Shown here one piece after another: positions 1-14,195 of a DNA stretch of 64,000 nucleotides. The stretch is from Botryllus schlosseri. Taxonomy: Eukaryota. Numbering within the stretch: position 1 is the stretch's first letter; every line of letters begins with the position of its first letter. The DNA lies in assembly GCA_051294905.1 (NCBI GenBank), contig CM119372.1, positions 37,574,001 to 37,638,000 of the forward strand, written 5' to 3'. The notes under the pieces are model-generated. The model saw nothing but the letters and a program-made list of their open reading frames with translations, made no database searches and was not told the DNA's origin. The position numbers and the translations under genes are program-made.

Positions 1-3000
1 TTTTAGTTTATCATTTTGCGAAAAACCGTGAAAATACATGTAGGCCTACCCATGTAGAATATTGTCTTGTAAACGGTGTTTGATAATTGAATTTCTGTGC
101 TTGTTAAAAGAGCCTACTTCGATTTTATGTTAATGAGGTCATATTGTAACATGGAATGAATTATTATTGAGTATATATTTCCTAGTGGCAGCAGTGTATA
201 TTTCAGTGCATCAAAATTTTCCAGTATAAGTTTGTGAGATTCTACTTGCTAGCTCTTGATGCCAGCTTTCATATGATACCGTATGTTAATTGATAATGAA
301 CCGTGTCCACACTGAGCCTGAATATCCAAAATATCAAAGGAAATAGTCATTTGAAAGCCAATGAAAGCATAGGCTATTATAGCCTATATATTGTTGTTTA
401 CTGAGCCATTCTCTTGTTGTGAATTGGGCCTTTTCTGAATGGAAATTCATTCTCAGGGTTGTCATGATGGTAAATTTGTTCATTTCTTGTCTGCGGATTA
501 GCAGCGTATTTTCAAAGCTTTACCATGCTCAATGTGCACCCGGTACAGTCAGTTAGAAAGTGTTTATGGTTTTGTCAGAAAGTGTTTTTTTTTATCACAG
601 GTGGATGTCTTTTAATTGGTGGTGTACTATAGATAGATATGCAATACATCTTGCATCTTGCATGCAGGACAGTTTCTAGCGGCCTGCTGCCTGATATTTT
701 ATGCCTCAAAAATCTATGTCGATACTTGAAAGGTTTGAATGGCTATCATTGAGAAAGGTGTACGAAAGGCTACATATATTCAATTTGTTGTGAGGTTGAT
801 AATTTAATGTGATGTCACAGAAAAAGACCAAAATGTGACCAAACAATTAGCAATGGAATCAATTTCAGCAGGGCAGAGGAAAGAATTAAATGATCACAAG
901 TCAAGTTTTTGCAACTTTTTTTACAGCTTCTGGCAGCTTCCTAAATACTCGGAAGTTATGTAGTATGGTGTTTTAAGCTGTTACGAGGAATCTTATATTG
1001 CGACTTTTCTTCATTTTTTCAAGCAACTTTTTGCAGCTTTTCGATTTTTCATGCAACTCACTTTTTACTGGAAATATTTGGTACTTTATGTAAATAGATC
1101 GCTTGATTATCATCACTGTCGTTTAAATTTGAGGTCATTTCTGAGTTGACATACATTCAGGCTAGACCGCCGTAAATTATATTAGCCTACTACTGGGTCA
1201 ATTTTTTCAGGCTATTGATTTTGTTGAAGGCGCCAACACTGAGTTTCGCGACAGTGCCTTGGATACGCATCGATTCGAGTATCTCATACCTTAATAATGT
1301 CAAGACACTTATCCATAAATGTACTTTTTTAGTGTAACTTTAGTGAAAAATAAATGAAAAATGAATGCAACTTTTTACTTCAACTTTTATGAAAAATATG
1401 TGCAACTTTCCACGGATTTGACTGCAACCAAAATTTGCCCTAAGATCAGGTGTTGCATAAGACAATTTTGACCATTACACTCTTGAAATGGGCTACCAGT
1501 TCAATATAAATGTGACTCGGTAAACAGCATATTTAGTAAGGCGCACTCGTCAGTTGACAACCGTACCTTTCATTAGCTACGATGAGTTTGGTATCACTCA
1601 GTTATATGTTATGTTGTAATTGGTAGCATCAGTATCTCCTAATTACTGCAGTCAAGTATCTGTTACAATGCCGCGAGTACATGCTAAATGTAAGTCAGGA
1701 TCTCAGAAAAGGAAGTGGTTCAGATTTGGAAAGAAAGTGACAATGCAAATTTTGAACTGCGACACAAATATTTAACCATCTATTTCAGCTCAGGAATGTT
1801 CTGCACAAATTGAGGATGATTGTAGCGGTCGCTGCAACGGCTTGTTGCAAGACGCGCTGGTATAGTGCTTGATTGGAGTCGACGCTACAGCTTACAGTTC
1901 CTGTTGTACGCACTAGTCACTGACTAATGACAGCTCTGAGTATACTCTTGCAATCCTGATCACACACGCAGATCCAAGGAGCTTTCTTTATAGCACAGAA
2001 CAGCCAAATAGTAGTAATAGTGGTCAGAAACTTGTTGATATATCAGGTTCAAATCATACTGCAATATAATAACGAATATAGAAAGAACAAAGTTAGATGT
2101 ATCTAATTGTATGTGTACGACTCTGCGACTGACTCGCGAACACACGCTCTACGGCGCTACACTGGCATTCTCTCAAAGCACGTGGCTTGTGCTTCGCAGA
2201 CTACTTTATCGATACGAGATTAAGGTCGTGGGAAAAGAGGTTAGGTGAAAGGGTGCGTGAGACGATTACTGGCACCCTGCTGGGACAGCTGTTACAATGA
2301 TGCTGTTTTTCCACCAACTATATTGCCTTGTAGACTTGAATGATGTAATAGTGCTTTCAAATACGTATATTGTATTTGATTGTAGTGGTCGTTTGTCTAT
2401 GCTAGTTGTGGCGTTTTAGATTTAATCCAACCAGGCAAGTTCTTACAGACAAAAATTTTTTTCTATAACTTACAATTTTTTCATTAGTGCGTGTTGTTTC
2501 GTGTGTGTAACTGTTTATTTACAAATTGCGCTGCTACTATAGTACCGTACGTCCGTATACTTCAAGGTTTGTTGTTGTTGTCATTGTTACAATGCTAATA
2601 TCATGGTTTGTGATTTTGATTGTTGCGTCATACTTTGCCGATTTGATTTTGCTTTTAAATCTATTTAAATCCCTTAGGTGTGCAGTTAACTCTTGAAGAG
2701 AGGCACCCAAAAATTATCCGAGTTCAATAAATATTATATTACAATGAATGTTGTATTGAAAGCTATATACTTACAGATCATGGAACTAGCTCTTCACAGG
2801 TGATACCAGTACTGATGTGTTCCTGTGGTATTACTGGTGTTGTACCACATTGCCGCACATTTTGCTTTTATGCCTTATCATGCAACAAAATTTTCTTTGT
2901 AGCAAAAAGATAGGCCCAATCCAGCACCTGGCTGAAACCTTGACGTGGTGTGCTGGCTTATTACTAATGTCAGCCGACAGCTTTCTGGATTTATGTGGTA

Positions 3001-3829
3001 TATTTGGCGTGCAGTTGCCTTATTGTTATACTATTATGTCATGCTACATCCCATAATTCTTCTACATAGGTGGGTCTGGGCACGCGCTGTAGTTCACTTG
3101 AGTCACTTGTTTTCGAATATGCCAAGTCGTTTATTGTACTGTGGCATGACATTATAATTCTTTTATATGCTGAAAGTTTCAACATGATGTACAGACAAAG
3201 CACTACCGGAACAGTGTATACGTGGTGTAGAAAAATAAAAGTATTGTTAAGGGCTAGTGAGGGGGGTCTGGGGGGCGTAGCCCCCCAGAAGTTGCGATAA
3301 TATAGATAAGAAGGCCCCCCCCCCGGAAGTTTCGCCTAGGGCCCCCCCAATCGTAAGGCCACCACTGAATACACTACAGAAGCCCCTACCTCGCAGCAGG
3401 ATATTGATCACCACTCTGCTTATATAGTTTCAAATAGTAACTTATGTATTGATGTTTGGTTTTGCTTGGTTAAACGCAGTTTACCGTTGCTGCTTGGCGA
3501 GCAGCAGGCCTACGTACGCACGTGCACCTGACGAAGATTCGGAATTTTGTACTCGTCGAATAAAACATTGCAGTTTCCACAACGAAGCATTACAAATAAA
3601 CAGCTGCTGATATTTATCATAACCGAGCCGTGATTAGCCGTTTCTCGTAAAAGCAGCTCACAGTATATGTATTAAGTTGAAGTCAGAATTTTTATGTTCA
3701 CTATATCTTATTCTCATATAACTACTTGAAACGGGCGTCAATCGTTATTTCACAGTTCGTTACTTAGCATTTGGACCTGCCGCCATAACCATCCGCTTAT
3801 ATAGCCTGACATGTGAGCGTGGGTTGCAG

Positions 3830-4226
3830 GGGAGATAGGGAGATAGTGTAGTGGTTACGATAAGCGCCCAGCACGCAGGCGAACCTCGTTCGATTCCCGC
3901 CGGAGGTTTATCTGGGCTCCTCTTCCCCTGCCGTTGCCGTTCTTACTGCGACAAAAAAGCCCAGAAAAAGACCCGACGAACGAAAGCACTCACAATGAAT
4001 GGAAAAGAACTAGTAGAAAGGGCCGGGGCTTCAAATAGATCAACATCGAAAAAGAACTGTGACATCGGGCACTCTAGGCCGAGGTGGATGTTAGAGTAAA
4101 GGATCGCTACTGATGCGTGTCGTTCTACATCCTCCTATCTGTTCATGACATCGCATTGTGTCTTATCGCATTGTACATTGTGTGTGACTTGTTCAGATAA
4201 AAATATAACCCAACCATGTTATGTTA
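3830..4226 (+). mobile_element. tRNA-derived SINE, family A, copy 1
   Basis: Pol III A box (TAGTGTAGTGG) and B box (GTTCGATTCCC) at the 5' end. Body is colinear with 14196-14571. Short (ATGTT)n tail. Flanked by TGGGTTGCAG (3820-3829) and TGGGTTGTAG (4227-4236), a likely TSD with 1 mismatch. Confidence 0.85.
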
Positions 4227-4356
4227 TGGGTTGTAGCTAGAATCAGCAATTCAACCAAAACAGCAATTCGTCCCCCTGTACAACCGTTGGTCAATTTTCA
4301 AAATTGAATTTCGTCAATAATATTGGTAATTGCATTATATTACTATTCATTTATAA

Positions 4357-5286
4357 CAGGGGTCACCAACACGCGGCCCGCCAAGGGTGTTTTTGCGGCC
4401 CGCGACATGATTTCAGATTTCCGAAAATATATATCATTATTGTATTTCTAAATGATTTGATTGATTGATCTAAATAATTTAATTATAAATCGTCATCGTT
4501 TACTCAAAGATTTATTCCCTCGCATTCAATATCACCATTCTGCGCTAAAAAATGGTTTTGACATTTCTTATACCGAGCTCACTAAAGACGACAGGACAAT
4601 GAGACTGATTCCACCTCTCCCTTACACTAGCAATTAGCAAGTCATGTGCAACACAATGCAATGGTTTTCAACCGGGGTTCCGCGAAGCACTTTCAGGGGG
4701 TCCGCAAAACCTCTAAATTTGGAAATTAGTTAATAACCTAATTATTATTTTATTTTCAAATTAGGAAAACTATGAGGCAGTTTCGCTTCATTAGCCTACT
4801 GCTAAAACCTCATGACTCACATCAACAGAATGACCGTCGTAGATTAAATAGCATACTGCGCAAACTCATTTTAATTACCAAATTGCCAATAACCTACTGA
4901 TACACACATATTGATGTTTAGAGGCGTTTTGTTGAAGTTCGTCGAAGAGTTGGAATAGTATGGTCAATCCGAGTGCATCCGGTTGCAAGAAAGCGCGACC
5001 AGATATCGGATGCGGCGCATACTACAGAATATACATCAAGCTATAATCAATACATATATTTGATAGAGTTGTATTAATGCAAAGCAGTGATTCCTTTCAA
5101 CAATATGTACCCCACATGGTAGACAACAGCAGGTTACATTGATGTAGTCAATATGGTATCTTTTCACGTTTGCTAATAGCTAATCAGGTGCCAAGTATTA
5201 AGTTGCCGACGTTACAATTGTGCGGCCCGCGGCGTCGATCAAGTTCGGAAAGGGGCCCGCGACCCATTTTGAGTTGGCGACCCCTG
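4357..5286. mobile_element. non-autonomous hAT (Buster/Charlie-type) element, containing the left part of a second MITE from ~4659
   Basis: TIR CAGGGGTCACCAAC / GTTGGCGACCCCTG, GCGGCCCGC subterminal motifs, perfect TSD ATTTATAA (4349-4356, 5287-5294). Confidence 0.9.
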
Positions 5287-5804
5287 ATTTATAACCTCTC
5301 TCAGCCCCGAGAGTCGGATTTATCTATAGAGCTGGGGCACGTGATTCATAATCACAGCATCTGGCATGTTGTTATAATTACTTTATTGTATGTTGTTAAT
5401 TCGCGACCTCCAGTCTGTTGTATAATCAATAGATATTTTACTCGCCCAAACGTAGCAGACTAAAAGAATATCTTTTGTGAGACGCACACAAAAATTGTCA
5501 TGGCTTTATTCCTTTGTGGATGCGCCGGGTGACATTTGCATTGTGGGCCCAGATTGGAAGGACAGGAGTTATTAGTCACGCCCACCGAGCGCGGCTATTG
5601 ACAATGGACAAATACCCTAAGTTTTTTTGGTATCTCATCCCATGGAGTTGCGTGTTGGCCGAAACTGCATAAGTCTTTTGGTGTGTTGTGGGATCGTGGC
5701 GCGGTAATGACCGGCTCCGAAATGCCTGTTCCCATAAAATAGCCTATGAATGTTTTTTCTTGAGGGGAAGATGTATGCATTTCAAACCCAGCTATCTACT
5801 GGAG

Positions 5805-6746
5805 CAGGGGTCACCAACCGTTTTGAAACAAGAAGCTACTTCTTGTGTAGTGTGTACTGATTATTGCGACGACCGACGGGTTACCACTTACTCCTGCCGT
5901 TTATCCGTGTTCAGTTGGATTTCTTCACTTAGAGTAAGACAATCAGAGCACTGGGCCGGGTTTCCGCCCCTTACAAAGAACAAAAAACGCTCACTCGCCG
6001 GGACTCACACCAGCTCCTCCGGGCTCAGTTGCGTTGCTGCTGTGCGCGCCGAAGCGCCAATCTCCGCGTCGAGACTCGGGAATATTACCTATATATTCCC
6101 GCTGAGCCACTGCGTGGGCAAAGACAAGCCATGCCCCGAGCGACTGCGTTCGTATGTTCCTTGGGGTCGACCGACCCATGTTCAACTGTTGCTCATATGA
6201 AACCAGATTCAACTTTCAAATCTCTCATTTTGATATTTGCTACAGCGCAGAGGTGGCCTTACGAACGAGGGGGGCGGGCGGGCGAGACTTACCGAGGGGC
6301 CACGAATAAGTATCTATCCGTAACTTATGGGGGGCTTCGCCCCCCAGACACCCCTTACGCAACTTTCTATCTTTCACCACGGCAAGGTTTGGCCAGGTGT
6401 TGGATTCGGCAATGCCTATTTTTTCATGTGTGCAATGATATACTACATCAAAACTAAGTAATTCTACCACATGCAGAGACGTGATGATTATCGGGAAATG
6501 GAAATTTTCTAACAAATGCAGAGATTTGATGATGATTGACACATCTGTACGGAATCTTTTTCTTGCTTTACACGGATTTCCATGTTCATTCGTTATCATC
6601 CTTGAAAAAAGCGCATAATCCAAATAGGGGGACCCTTCGACCGGGGGGGGGGGGGGGGGGGGCGACTGCCCACTTCGCCCAACCCAAAAGCCGCCACTGC
6701 TACAGCGACCGCGGGCAACTCATTTGGTCAGCGTTGGTGACCCCTG
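5805..6746. mobile_element. non-autonomous hAT (Buster/Charlie-type) element
   Basis: TIR CAGGGGTCACCAAC / GTTGGTGACCCCTG. TSD TACTGGAG/TACTAGAG (1 mismatch). Its first ~290 bp match the reverse complement of ~59330-59581. Confidence 0.85.
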
Positions 6747-7069
6747 TACTAGAGACATTTGAATCGCAAAGCTCGAAGAACATTTTCAAGAATTATTTAA
6801 ACTCTCGAAAGTACTTTTGAGTACCCTTCGAGCACGCTCCCCACCCTATTAAGGGACTTGGGGTGCGGCAGGTAAAGACCTGGCAATAATGCAAATTGGA
6901 TGCGATAAATCATCCACTACAAAGTTGGGCAATTGGTATATTATGACGTAATAAACAAATGGTGCATGATGTATGAAGAGAGTTGATATCTCATTAAGCC
7001 TTTTCATCGCAATCCTTGTATTGTCTTCCATTATATCATTTAGGATTACAGCCCTAAGAAGCAAAACAA

Positions 7070-7224
7070 ATGTAATCGTGAGTAATTGTGATTACTTTCC
7101 CAATGTAATCGTAATCGTAATCGACTACTTCTTGATTTTGCTGTAATCGTAATCGTAATCGCGTGATTCCGAAGTAATCGTAATCGCAATCGATTTCATT
7201 CATAAAGTAATCACCCCATGTCTG
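7070..7224. repeat. (GTAATC)n subterminal array, probable right end of a hAT MITE
   Basis: Many GTAATC units ending in CACCCCATGTCTG. The partner end was not identified. Confidence 0.55.
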
Positions 7225-7530
7225 ATAACGAGAGGTTGCAATAACAATAATTCTAATTTTAAATATAATCTTTATTGTGCTATATACTGTAGAATGCTGG
7301 TCACTTAATGTACAATGCTCTCCGCATCACCATCGATTAATATGAGCGCGACTAATTTCGGAATGAACCACACCGTCCAAACCCAGTTCACACTGTCAAT
7401 CCAGGGCTGTCATCGACAAGGACCCTTAACCCACGACTGCCTGAACAAGTAACAGGACAACAAAAATTACATTAAAATTAGCAGAAGTTTTAAGCCATAT
7501 TCCGGAGTTATAGGAGTCGTGTGATATAAC

Positions 7531-8368
7531 TAGGGCGATATTTTTACCTGAAAAACGGAAGATATTCACCTGGAAAACACTGAATTTTGACCAAATTTTC
7601 ACCTCACGTATATGCAAATCAGGTGTTTTCGAACATAATGTTAAAATTGTACTACTTATCTTCATTTCTGGTTGGAACTGTCTGTCCTTACGAAGTAGTT
7701 TGTCCTGAAAAAACGTTTTTGGCCTAAAAACTGACAAATTTTCCCATGAAAAAAACTAGTATTTTACCAAAATCTGGCCCTATGAAGAATTCCAGTAGTT
7801 ACATCACGTATAATTAAAATGTGTTGCATTACAACGAAAGATACCTTCCTACATTCTCGGGTAAAAGCTGTCTGTCCTTACTAGGTAGCTTGCCAAGAAT
7901 GGAAAAAGAACGTTCAACAGCAGCAGCTGTTGGCTGACAGCACGGAAGTTGTGCGTACACCGCTGGTGACACACCGTGTTGCTTCATTCTGACAATGTTG
8001 TCCACTTCACAATTTCTCATCATGCGTTTCATGATATAAGAACCATGCAATGCCAAGGCAGTCTTGCTTCAGCTAGGATATTGCGGCACATTAACCATAA
8101 CACCATGTAACCTATTTGTTTAATTCAACCTTATATGCTTCACAATGAGCAGACAATCGGCCCTCTACAATGGTAAGCCTGTAAAGTAGGCTACAAGCCG
8201 TAAAATATCAAATGGTAAGTTCACCGACAGTGCAAATCTACAATACAAACGAAATGCAGAGTTTAAATTTTTATTTTTTTTTGTGAACAAATTTAACACA
8301 TTTTGACCTAACGCTCCAATTTTGACAATATTTTGACAAATTTTTACATGTCAAAAAAATTCGCCCTA
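7531..8368 (-). mobile_element. deletion-derivative hAT element carrying a transposase C-terminal fragment
   Basis: TIR TAGGGCGA / TCGCCCTA, TSD GATATAAC/GATATCAC. ORF 7829-8056 (-) contains PTAAAVERSFSILGKLPSKDR..ENV, a hAT C-terminal dimerisation motif. Related copies at 28907-29758 and ~55314-55540 (inverted). Confidence 0.85.
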
Positions 8369-9917
8369 GATATCACATCACCATCTTCTTTTGTAAAATA
8401 CATTTTCTTTACACATGAATTAGGTAAAACGTCTTGCAGGATGTTTTTACCAATTCAGTTGCGAAACATATTAACTGCAAAACGAGAAGACAGAAAAATG
8501 TTTCCCACAGCAAAAAATATATCATGTTTTCTGATGTTATTGTTACTGCAAATTTTTCATAGGGCGAAGGGAAATGTAAATTCATTGGAAATATACTATG
8601 TCAAGTAATCCTCGCAATTATGCAATACAGCATAAATTGGTAAATTATTGATCAGACAGACAAACGATTAGGAATAATCCGGTAATTACCGTCTACCCCG
8701 GTTCGTTGATTTTGAACATTACTATCATTATACGCCGGAAATCGTGAATATCTGAACACAACCATTGTGTATTGTACCAGTATATCATTCTGTCGTTTTG
8801 AGATCTAATTCAGGAATAATCGAAAGAAATCAGAAATAGCTGAATATGAACGAAAACAAACAGAATATTCACTATGAATGAAATTCGAGCAATCTTCTGG
8901 GATGATATGGCGAACAAAGTGTTTGTTCACAAATTCATATTTCTTCAGGTATTTCCTTAGATTTCAAACTTCGTCGATATCTGATGAAAGAAAACGTATC
9001 CCACTCAGGAACAATGCGTGTGTGAAAGCTGTTGAAAAAACACCATGTAATAAATATTATATAATTGAAATGACACATGTTGATGTTGTGTTGGCGAATA
9101 ATTCTATGTATTTTCTGCCGCATGAAGATTTAGTGGTTCACTGACTAGTAACAGTTTAACTTCTTTTACGACTTTTTGCAAGCCAATTTTCGAGTCCTCC
9201 GTACGTTGAATTTGGCTTGAAAGAAACATGCTAGTTTTTTCTCAATTGCGGGTCATAGCTCCAGCCAATGATAATTGTTGTTCACGAATTTACCGAACAA
9301 TTTCGAAATGTCTTTAATTCAGTGGGTTGCATACGAATTTGAAAATTCATATTATACTTTCTGTGACCGATAAAGTGAATTTAAAGACTAAACACTTTCT
9401 CATTGGATGACAGTGAAATTTTCTGCTGTCATTTACCAGATATTTAGAGCATTTCACAATTCACAAGGAGACATGACGAAAATAAGTCGTATTCCCTTTT
9501 CCATCCATCAAACATCATGTAGTGCAGATGTTATATAGTTCGAAGTATGACTGAGTAATCATCCACAACATTCATCTACACTAGTCACATCTTATCTATA
9601 TATCATCGCAATCAACTTCGAACTACGTACCTATCCTGGCCCTTTACTGGCGTGCTTTTGCTTCTGTGGATTCCGTGATATCTGATAGCATTGACAAATA
9701 CGCTCAACACCATGAAGCAGAGTACAACTTCAAACATCATCAAACGCATCGTTACCGCAATAATGAAGTACGTTAAAATACAATACTGTACACCACAGAA
9801 CTGCTTTGTGTTAGGTCAAAAGTCACTTAAACGTCACTGCATCATACAAGAGTGTAAGAGTTGGACCGTTTCCTTGCAATTAGACCCTTCTTTACAGCAA
9901 TCCCGCGCATTGAGAGT

Positions 9918-10065
9918 CAGTGTTGGGATGAATCGAGTCACGACTGGACTCGACTTGACTTTTTCGTATGATTTGACTTGACTCGAGTCATTTGGCAAAA
10001 ATGACTTGACTCGGCGCTTTAGAAAGTGTATTGACTCGTGACTCTGTGCAGAATTTACTAGTCAA
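9918..10065. mobile_element. left end of a GACTCGAGTC/GACTT-repeat hAT MITE
   Basis: Starts CAGTGTTGGGATG followed by GACTT/GACTC repeats. Homologous to the ends at 36070 and ~60767. Confidence 0.7.
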
Positions 10066-11479
10066 ACGTAAGAACCTAACTGGGAAATGGATAACGAAAC
10101 GAAAAAACATAACAAAGAAATTGATTAATTTGACAGAAATCCAATACCAATCAGGTGGATGAATGGGTTCATTTTTCGAAATCTTGAAATATTTGCCGCA
10201 GATCTTTCACGGCTTGTAAGAGACTGGCTTGTTTACACGCTGGTCAAACTCAAATGGCGCCGGAGGCCGTTTTCAAGCGTTCAAATCGTTCGCGGTCCAG
10301 ACCAGTGCACTGATTCTAAAATATTACCTCGTGCCATTGCCCATATTGATAATAATACATTGATTATAGAGGTTTATTCTAGCGGGTCGCAACGCCATTA
10401 TCCCCGAAACACGGAATTGACAAAATCCTATGATTGTCGGCAAAACAGTGACGATAACGACGCTGTAAGTTGACATATTTATATGCTTCCTTTGCTTTAG
10501 TCGTAATTTGGCGTTAGCATGGAGCAGTCGATGTCATGAATACAAGATATTTGACTGTAACCGCTGGCGTTGGAATTTGGTTTATTATTTTTAAATCGCG
10601 AGTCGGGTTTCCCGTCCTGCGGTCTATTGGGTTAGAAATGACGCAGCAGTCCGACCATATATATTTAGATCATATATTTGTGTAACTAATGTATTCTCCC
10701 TGCAAAAGGCATGTAAAGGTCCCGCATTGGCGTTATCGCTACTATGTATAACTATTCGATGTCCATGTTACCGACTTGTTAGTAGGGGGATATAATGTGA
10801 CCCATGAACATGCACGAAATTTGCTGTCTTTTGGGATTATTTAATGGAAATATTTCCTGCAAAAAAATCTCAACATTTGTAAAAAATGCGCTGGATTATA
10901 TAAGCATTTTGTCAATCTAGTCCCAATTGCTTCGCGGGACGGATGAAATCGTCTGACTGGTCGCATGTTTGACACACCTGGTGCAGATAGAATGGAACAT
11001 AATATAATATAATATACTATTGTGTATATAGGCTTGTTAAAAAAGTATTCAAATGAAAAACAGGGGCATGAATTTTGAGGTATTATTTTAAAAACATTTT
11101 ACTCGATCGGCCCACGATCGATCTGAAGATTTCAAACCGGCCCGCCATGTGCAAGTTGAGTTTGACACCCCGGGTCCAAAATGTATTCAAGTAATTAATT
11201 TCAAAATGATTATTCAGTCGAGGGATCGCGTATCTCTCCTAAGTAGTCGGATGTGGCTACTTCTGAAATGGCATGCCATATCTTCGCGAATAACGCGACA
11301 ATAAATATCAAATTAGCGCGATACCGGGGATATGCTGCCCACTTGTTTTGACAGTCTTACTGATAATGGCCACACCAACATATCGTAAAAATATTTTGTA
11401 CCTTGGATGGCATCAGGTGTAATGCGATAGTTGATAGCCAAATGACTGTAAAGTGGAAGTGGAATAGTATAAAGAATAA

Positions 11480-12430
11480 CACTGGCCGACAAGAAATATT
11501 ATTTTTTCAGTGCCAAAGATATATTAATGCTTTCTGGGTATTGTGGGGCAGCCAAGTCAGAAAATGACATTCGTTTCTTTGAATTGGATCTATTTTTTGA
11601 TATATTGATATTTTTTTAAAAAGAAAGAAAAACCGTCAACTTTAGTAACTTCCAAATGTGAACAGAAAGATCAGTAACATTGATGTTGGAAATGTATCTT
11701 AAGCCAATGCAATACTTATTCTGCCCCAGATACTCCACTATATCTATTTGCTACTTGGGCATCACATTACTCAACAAAAGACATTGAAAACACTCCAAGT
11801 TGGACAGCGCAAGTTATTTAGCTGCAGCCTATATACAGTATGTTGCTGTACTGTATATCTCGATCGTTTTTTTTTTCTGAAAAGTCATACCAGGTCCAGT
11901 GAATTATGAACTCATGTTACGCAGCCGGTAGGTAATTGAGACTATTCAAGAGCTCTATACACCAGGAATTTTGAATTTGTAGAGTCAGGCTTGTCAAATC
12001 TGTTATCCAAGGGCGAGCTCCCTGAAATCTTAACATTTCGTAGGTTAGCACTCAGAAGGCACTCAGAAGCGAAATCGTTGCGTAATGATACTATATGATA
12101 TCACAATGAATCCAGCTAATGGTTATGATCCACACTCCGTTTCATTTCATATATGGCATAATATTCTAGCAATATCTGATGGAAACTTCGATTCAATTCT
12201 GAACAAGTATTAACCGACTCGGAAAAAATTACTTCACTTGCTAATGTAACTCCGAACATGATGGGCAGCTGCAGCCAGCCATATATATAGGCCTACCAAT
12301 AAATTACTACCAGAGGAAGTTGTGAAATCTCATTCTCAAACAATTCGGCGTTCGTGACTGGGAATGCTATTTGGAATAATGATTTCAGAAAATTGATCAT
12401 CAAGAGTAATTTGGGAATAAAGGAGATCAT
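11480..12430. mobile_element. possible highly decayed CMC/Chapaev3-like DNA transposon remnant
   Basis: CACTG start with a Chapaev3-like 5' region, plus weak frameshifted peptide similarity (e.g. FHQ-DIA near 12170-12190 on the minus strand). Boundaries are uncertain. Confidence 0.25.
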
Positions 12431-14039
12431 GCGGATCATAGAGTTTTTAGTTCATTAATGTGAGTATCAATTTACTCCACTGCTGACCTATACTTTCATG
12501 GTTATGATCGCCTCATAAAATTGTTCGGTTTAACGAATTCTCTGAGATGAATAGTGATAATGTCGATGGAAAAACTATTGGCATCGACTTCTACATAAGC
12601 AGCGTTCTGTCTGACAACAAAATTGCGGAATGAATCTGAGAATATCTAAGTAACCGCAAATATTGTCATATACATATTATTTCTATAGGTATGATTGTTC
12701 AACAAATTTCAACCCCGTTGCATAGGTGAACTTATACAATAGTTCCACTTTAAAATGAAAAATGAAATGGCGTCATTATGATAAGCTTGCGGAATTACGA
12801 GGAAACGGACGCTTTTATGCTATATTCGCATGACTGGATGATAGGTGAAACGATATCGAGATCACTTATTCCGACCGAAACCAGACGCTACCAATGAATT
12901 ATGATGTTTCAAACTTTATATCGCAATGGTCATAACACAACGGTGACAAAATAACGCTTCGTCTAATCCCATTCAAAATCACGATGTAGTATCGTTGCAT
13001 TACGCCGCTTTGCTCATGTCCACTTCGATACCCTTCATTTCATATCTCGTAATATGATACGATCATGTGTTGGTCATTAGTAGGCTACATTTAAAAGCAC
13101 AGTCATTACGGCTCGGTAAGTGTATTACGATCCAGATAAATTACATATCATGTACTATCAATACTAGTTCCTCTTACTATTTTTGCCTATTACAATCACT
13201 GTCGTGACGGGATTACAAACGCCACACGTTTTATGCGGAAGACCATTACACAAAAATGGATAGTTGTTCGTTACTTACTCAAATCATATCCTATGTTGAT
13301 CAGTAATGAGCAGGTACAACATTAGTCATACTAATTTTGATTATAATCGGTGTGATGTTGTGTAGAAAGCTGATCAAGGAATGCACTAAGTTCTCGGCAT
13401 CATTATCGATTACTATACCGAGGATAAATTTCTCGAATGCTAGCATTCTCATTTGTATCCCGTCATTTAATCATTAGCACTGTCAATACCAAGTGTTTTC
13501 AACCAGTGGACCATATGGCAAAAATCGTGTCTATATGTGGTGGTCGCCGGAGCAGGGCTTCGTTCTGACTCCATCAGTTTATTCCTGGGCTTGTTGGTTC
13601 ATTGGATATGGGGGAAATGGTGCACCGACTGCGAGGCTATTTCGCACCAAGACTGAAGTGCGTCTTAATCAGTTTCTCTCGTCAAGGCTGGGCTTGTTCT
13701 TCATTTATAGAATTGTTGTGAAACCAGTGTCACACAGCCAGCCGCATTGGTGGGTTCTTAGTAAAGGCCGAGGACGAAAGTGGGCCCTGCTACAAGTCGT
13801 CGGATCAGGAAGAATAATAAAATATATTGGCCTGTTTTAAATGAATATAGCTGTCGAAAAACAATAAACACCAAAGAAACAGCAGCTTGTTGTTTTCCTT
13901 GAATGAAAAATATCGGCACTTCTTCGATGGCAGTCAGAGATCGAAAAGTGTTCACCATGATCACCAATGAATGCTTTCCATGAACACGAACAAAATTTTA
14001 TAAACGTAAAAATATGTTTTTTTGTGCCTTTGGAGAGAC

Positions 14040-14195
14040 GGATATTAGCGTTGGGGTGGGGGTATTAGGGTTGGGGAAAAGGGAGATATTAGGGTTGGGT
14101 AGAGCGATATTAGGGTGGTGGTGGGGAACATTAGGGTTGGAGGAGGGAATATTAGTGTTAGGATTGGTGGATTGGGATATTAGGGTTGGGGGAGG
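14040..14195 (+). repeat. G-rich degenerate tandem repeat (about 7 units, core ATTAGGGTTGGG)
   Basis: Repeated GATATTAGGGTTGGG-like units seen directly. The preceding motif GCCTTTGGAGAGACG recurs at 24881. Confidence 0.8.

Noticed and set aside
1..1800. DNA-transposon-like region with GCAACTTTT repeats and a short MPRVHAK...SGSQKRK frame
   Set aside because: No paired ends or TSD in the window, and the frame is short.
3838..3905. tRNA gene (also 14196 and 24117)
   Set aside because: A/B boxes are present but there is no complete cloverleaf, and each continues into a repeated body with a tail, so these are SINE heads.
5688..6820. ORFs of 94-170 aa
   Set aside because: They lie in GC-rich MITE sequence and have no protein motifs.
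8690..9400. Tigger transposase N-terminal remnant
   Set aside because: Faint HTH-like fragments only, and no partner TIR was found.
12450..13100. LINE RT remnant on the minus strand
   Set aside because: Too degraded to support by eye.
13493..13840. RTE-like LINE remnant or host exon
   Set aside because: Only a weak NEALLRR-like resemblance on the minus strand, which is insufficient.
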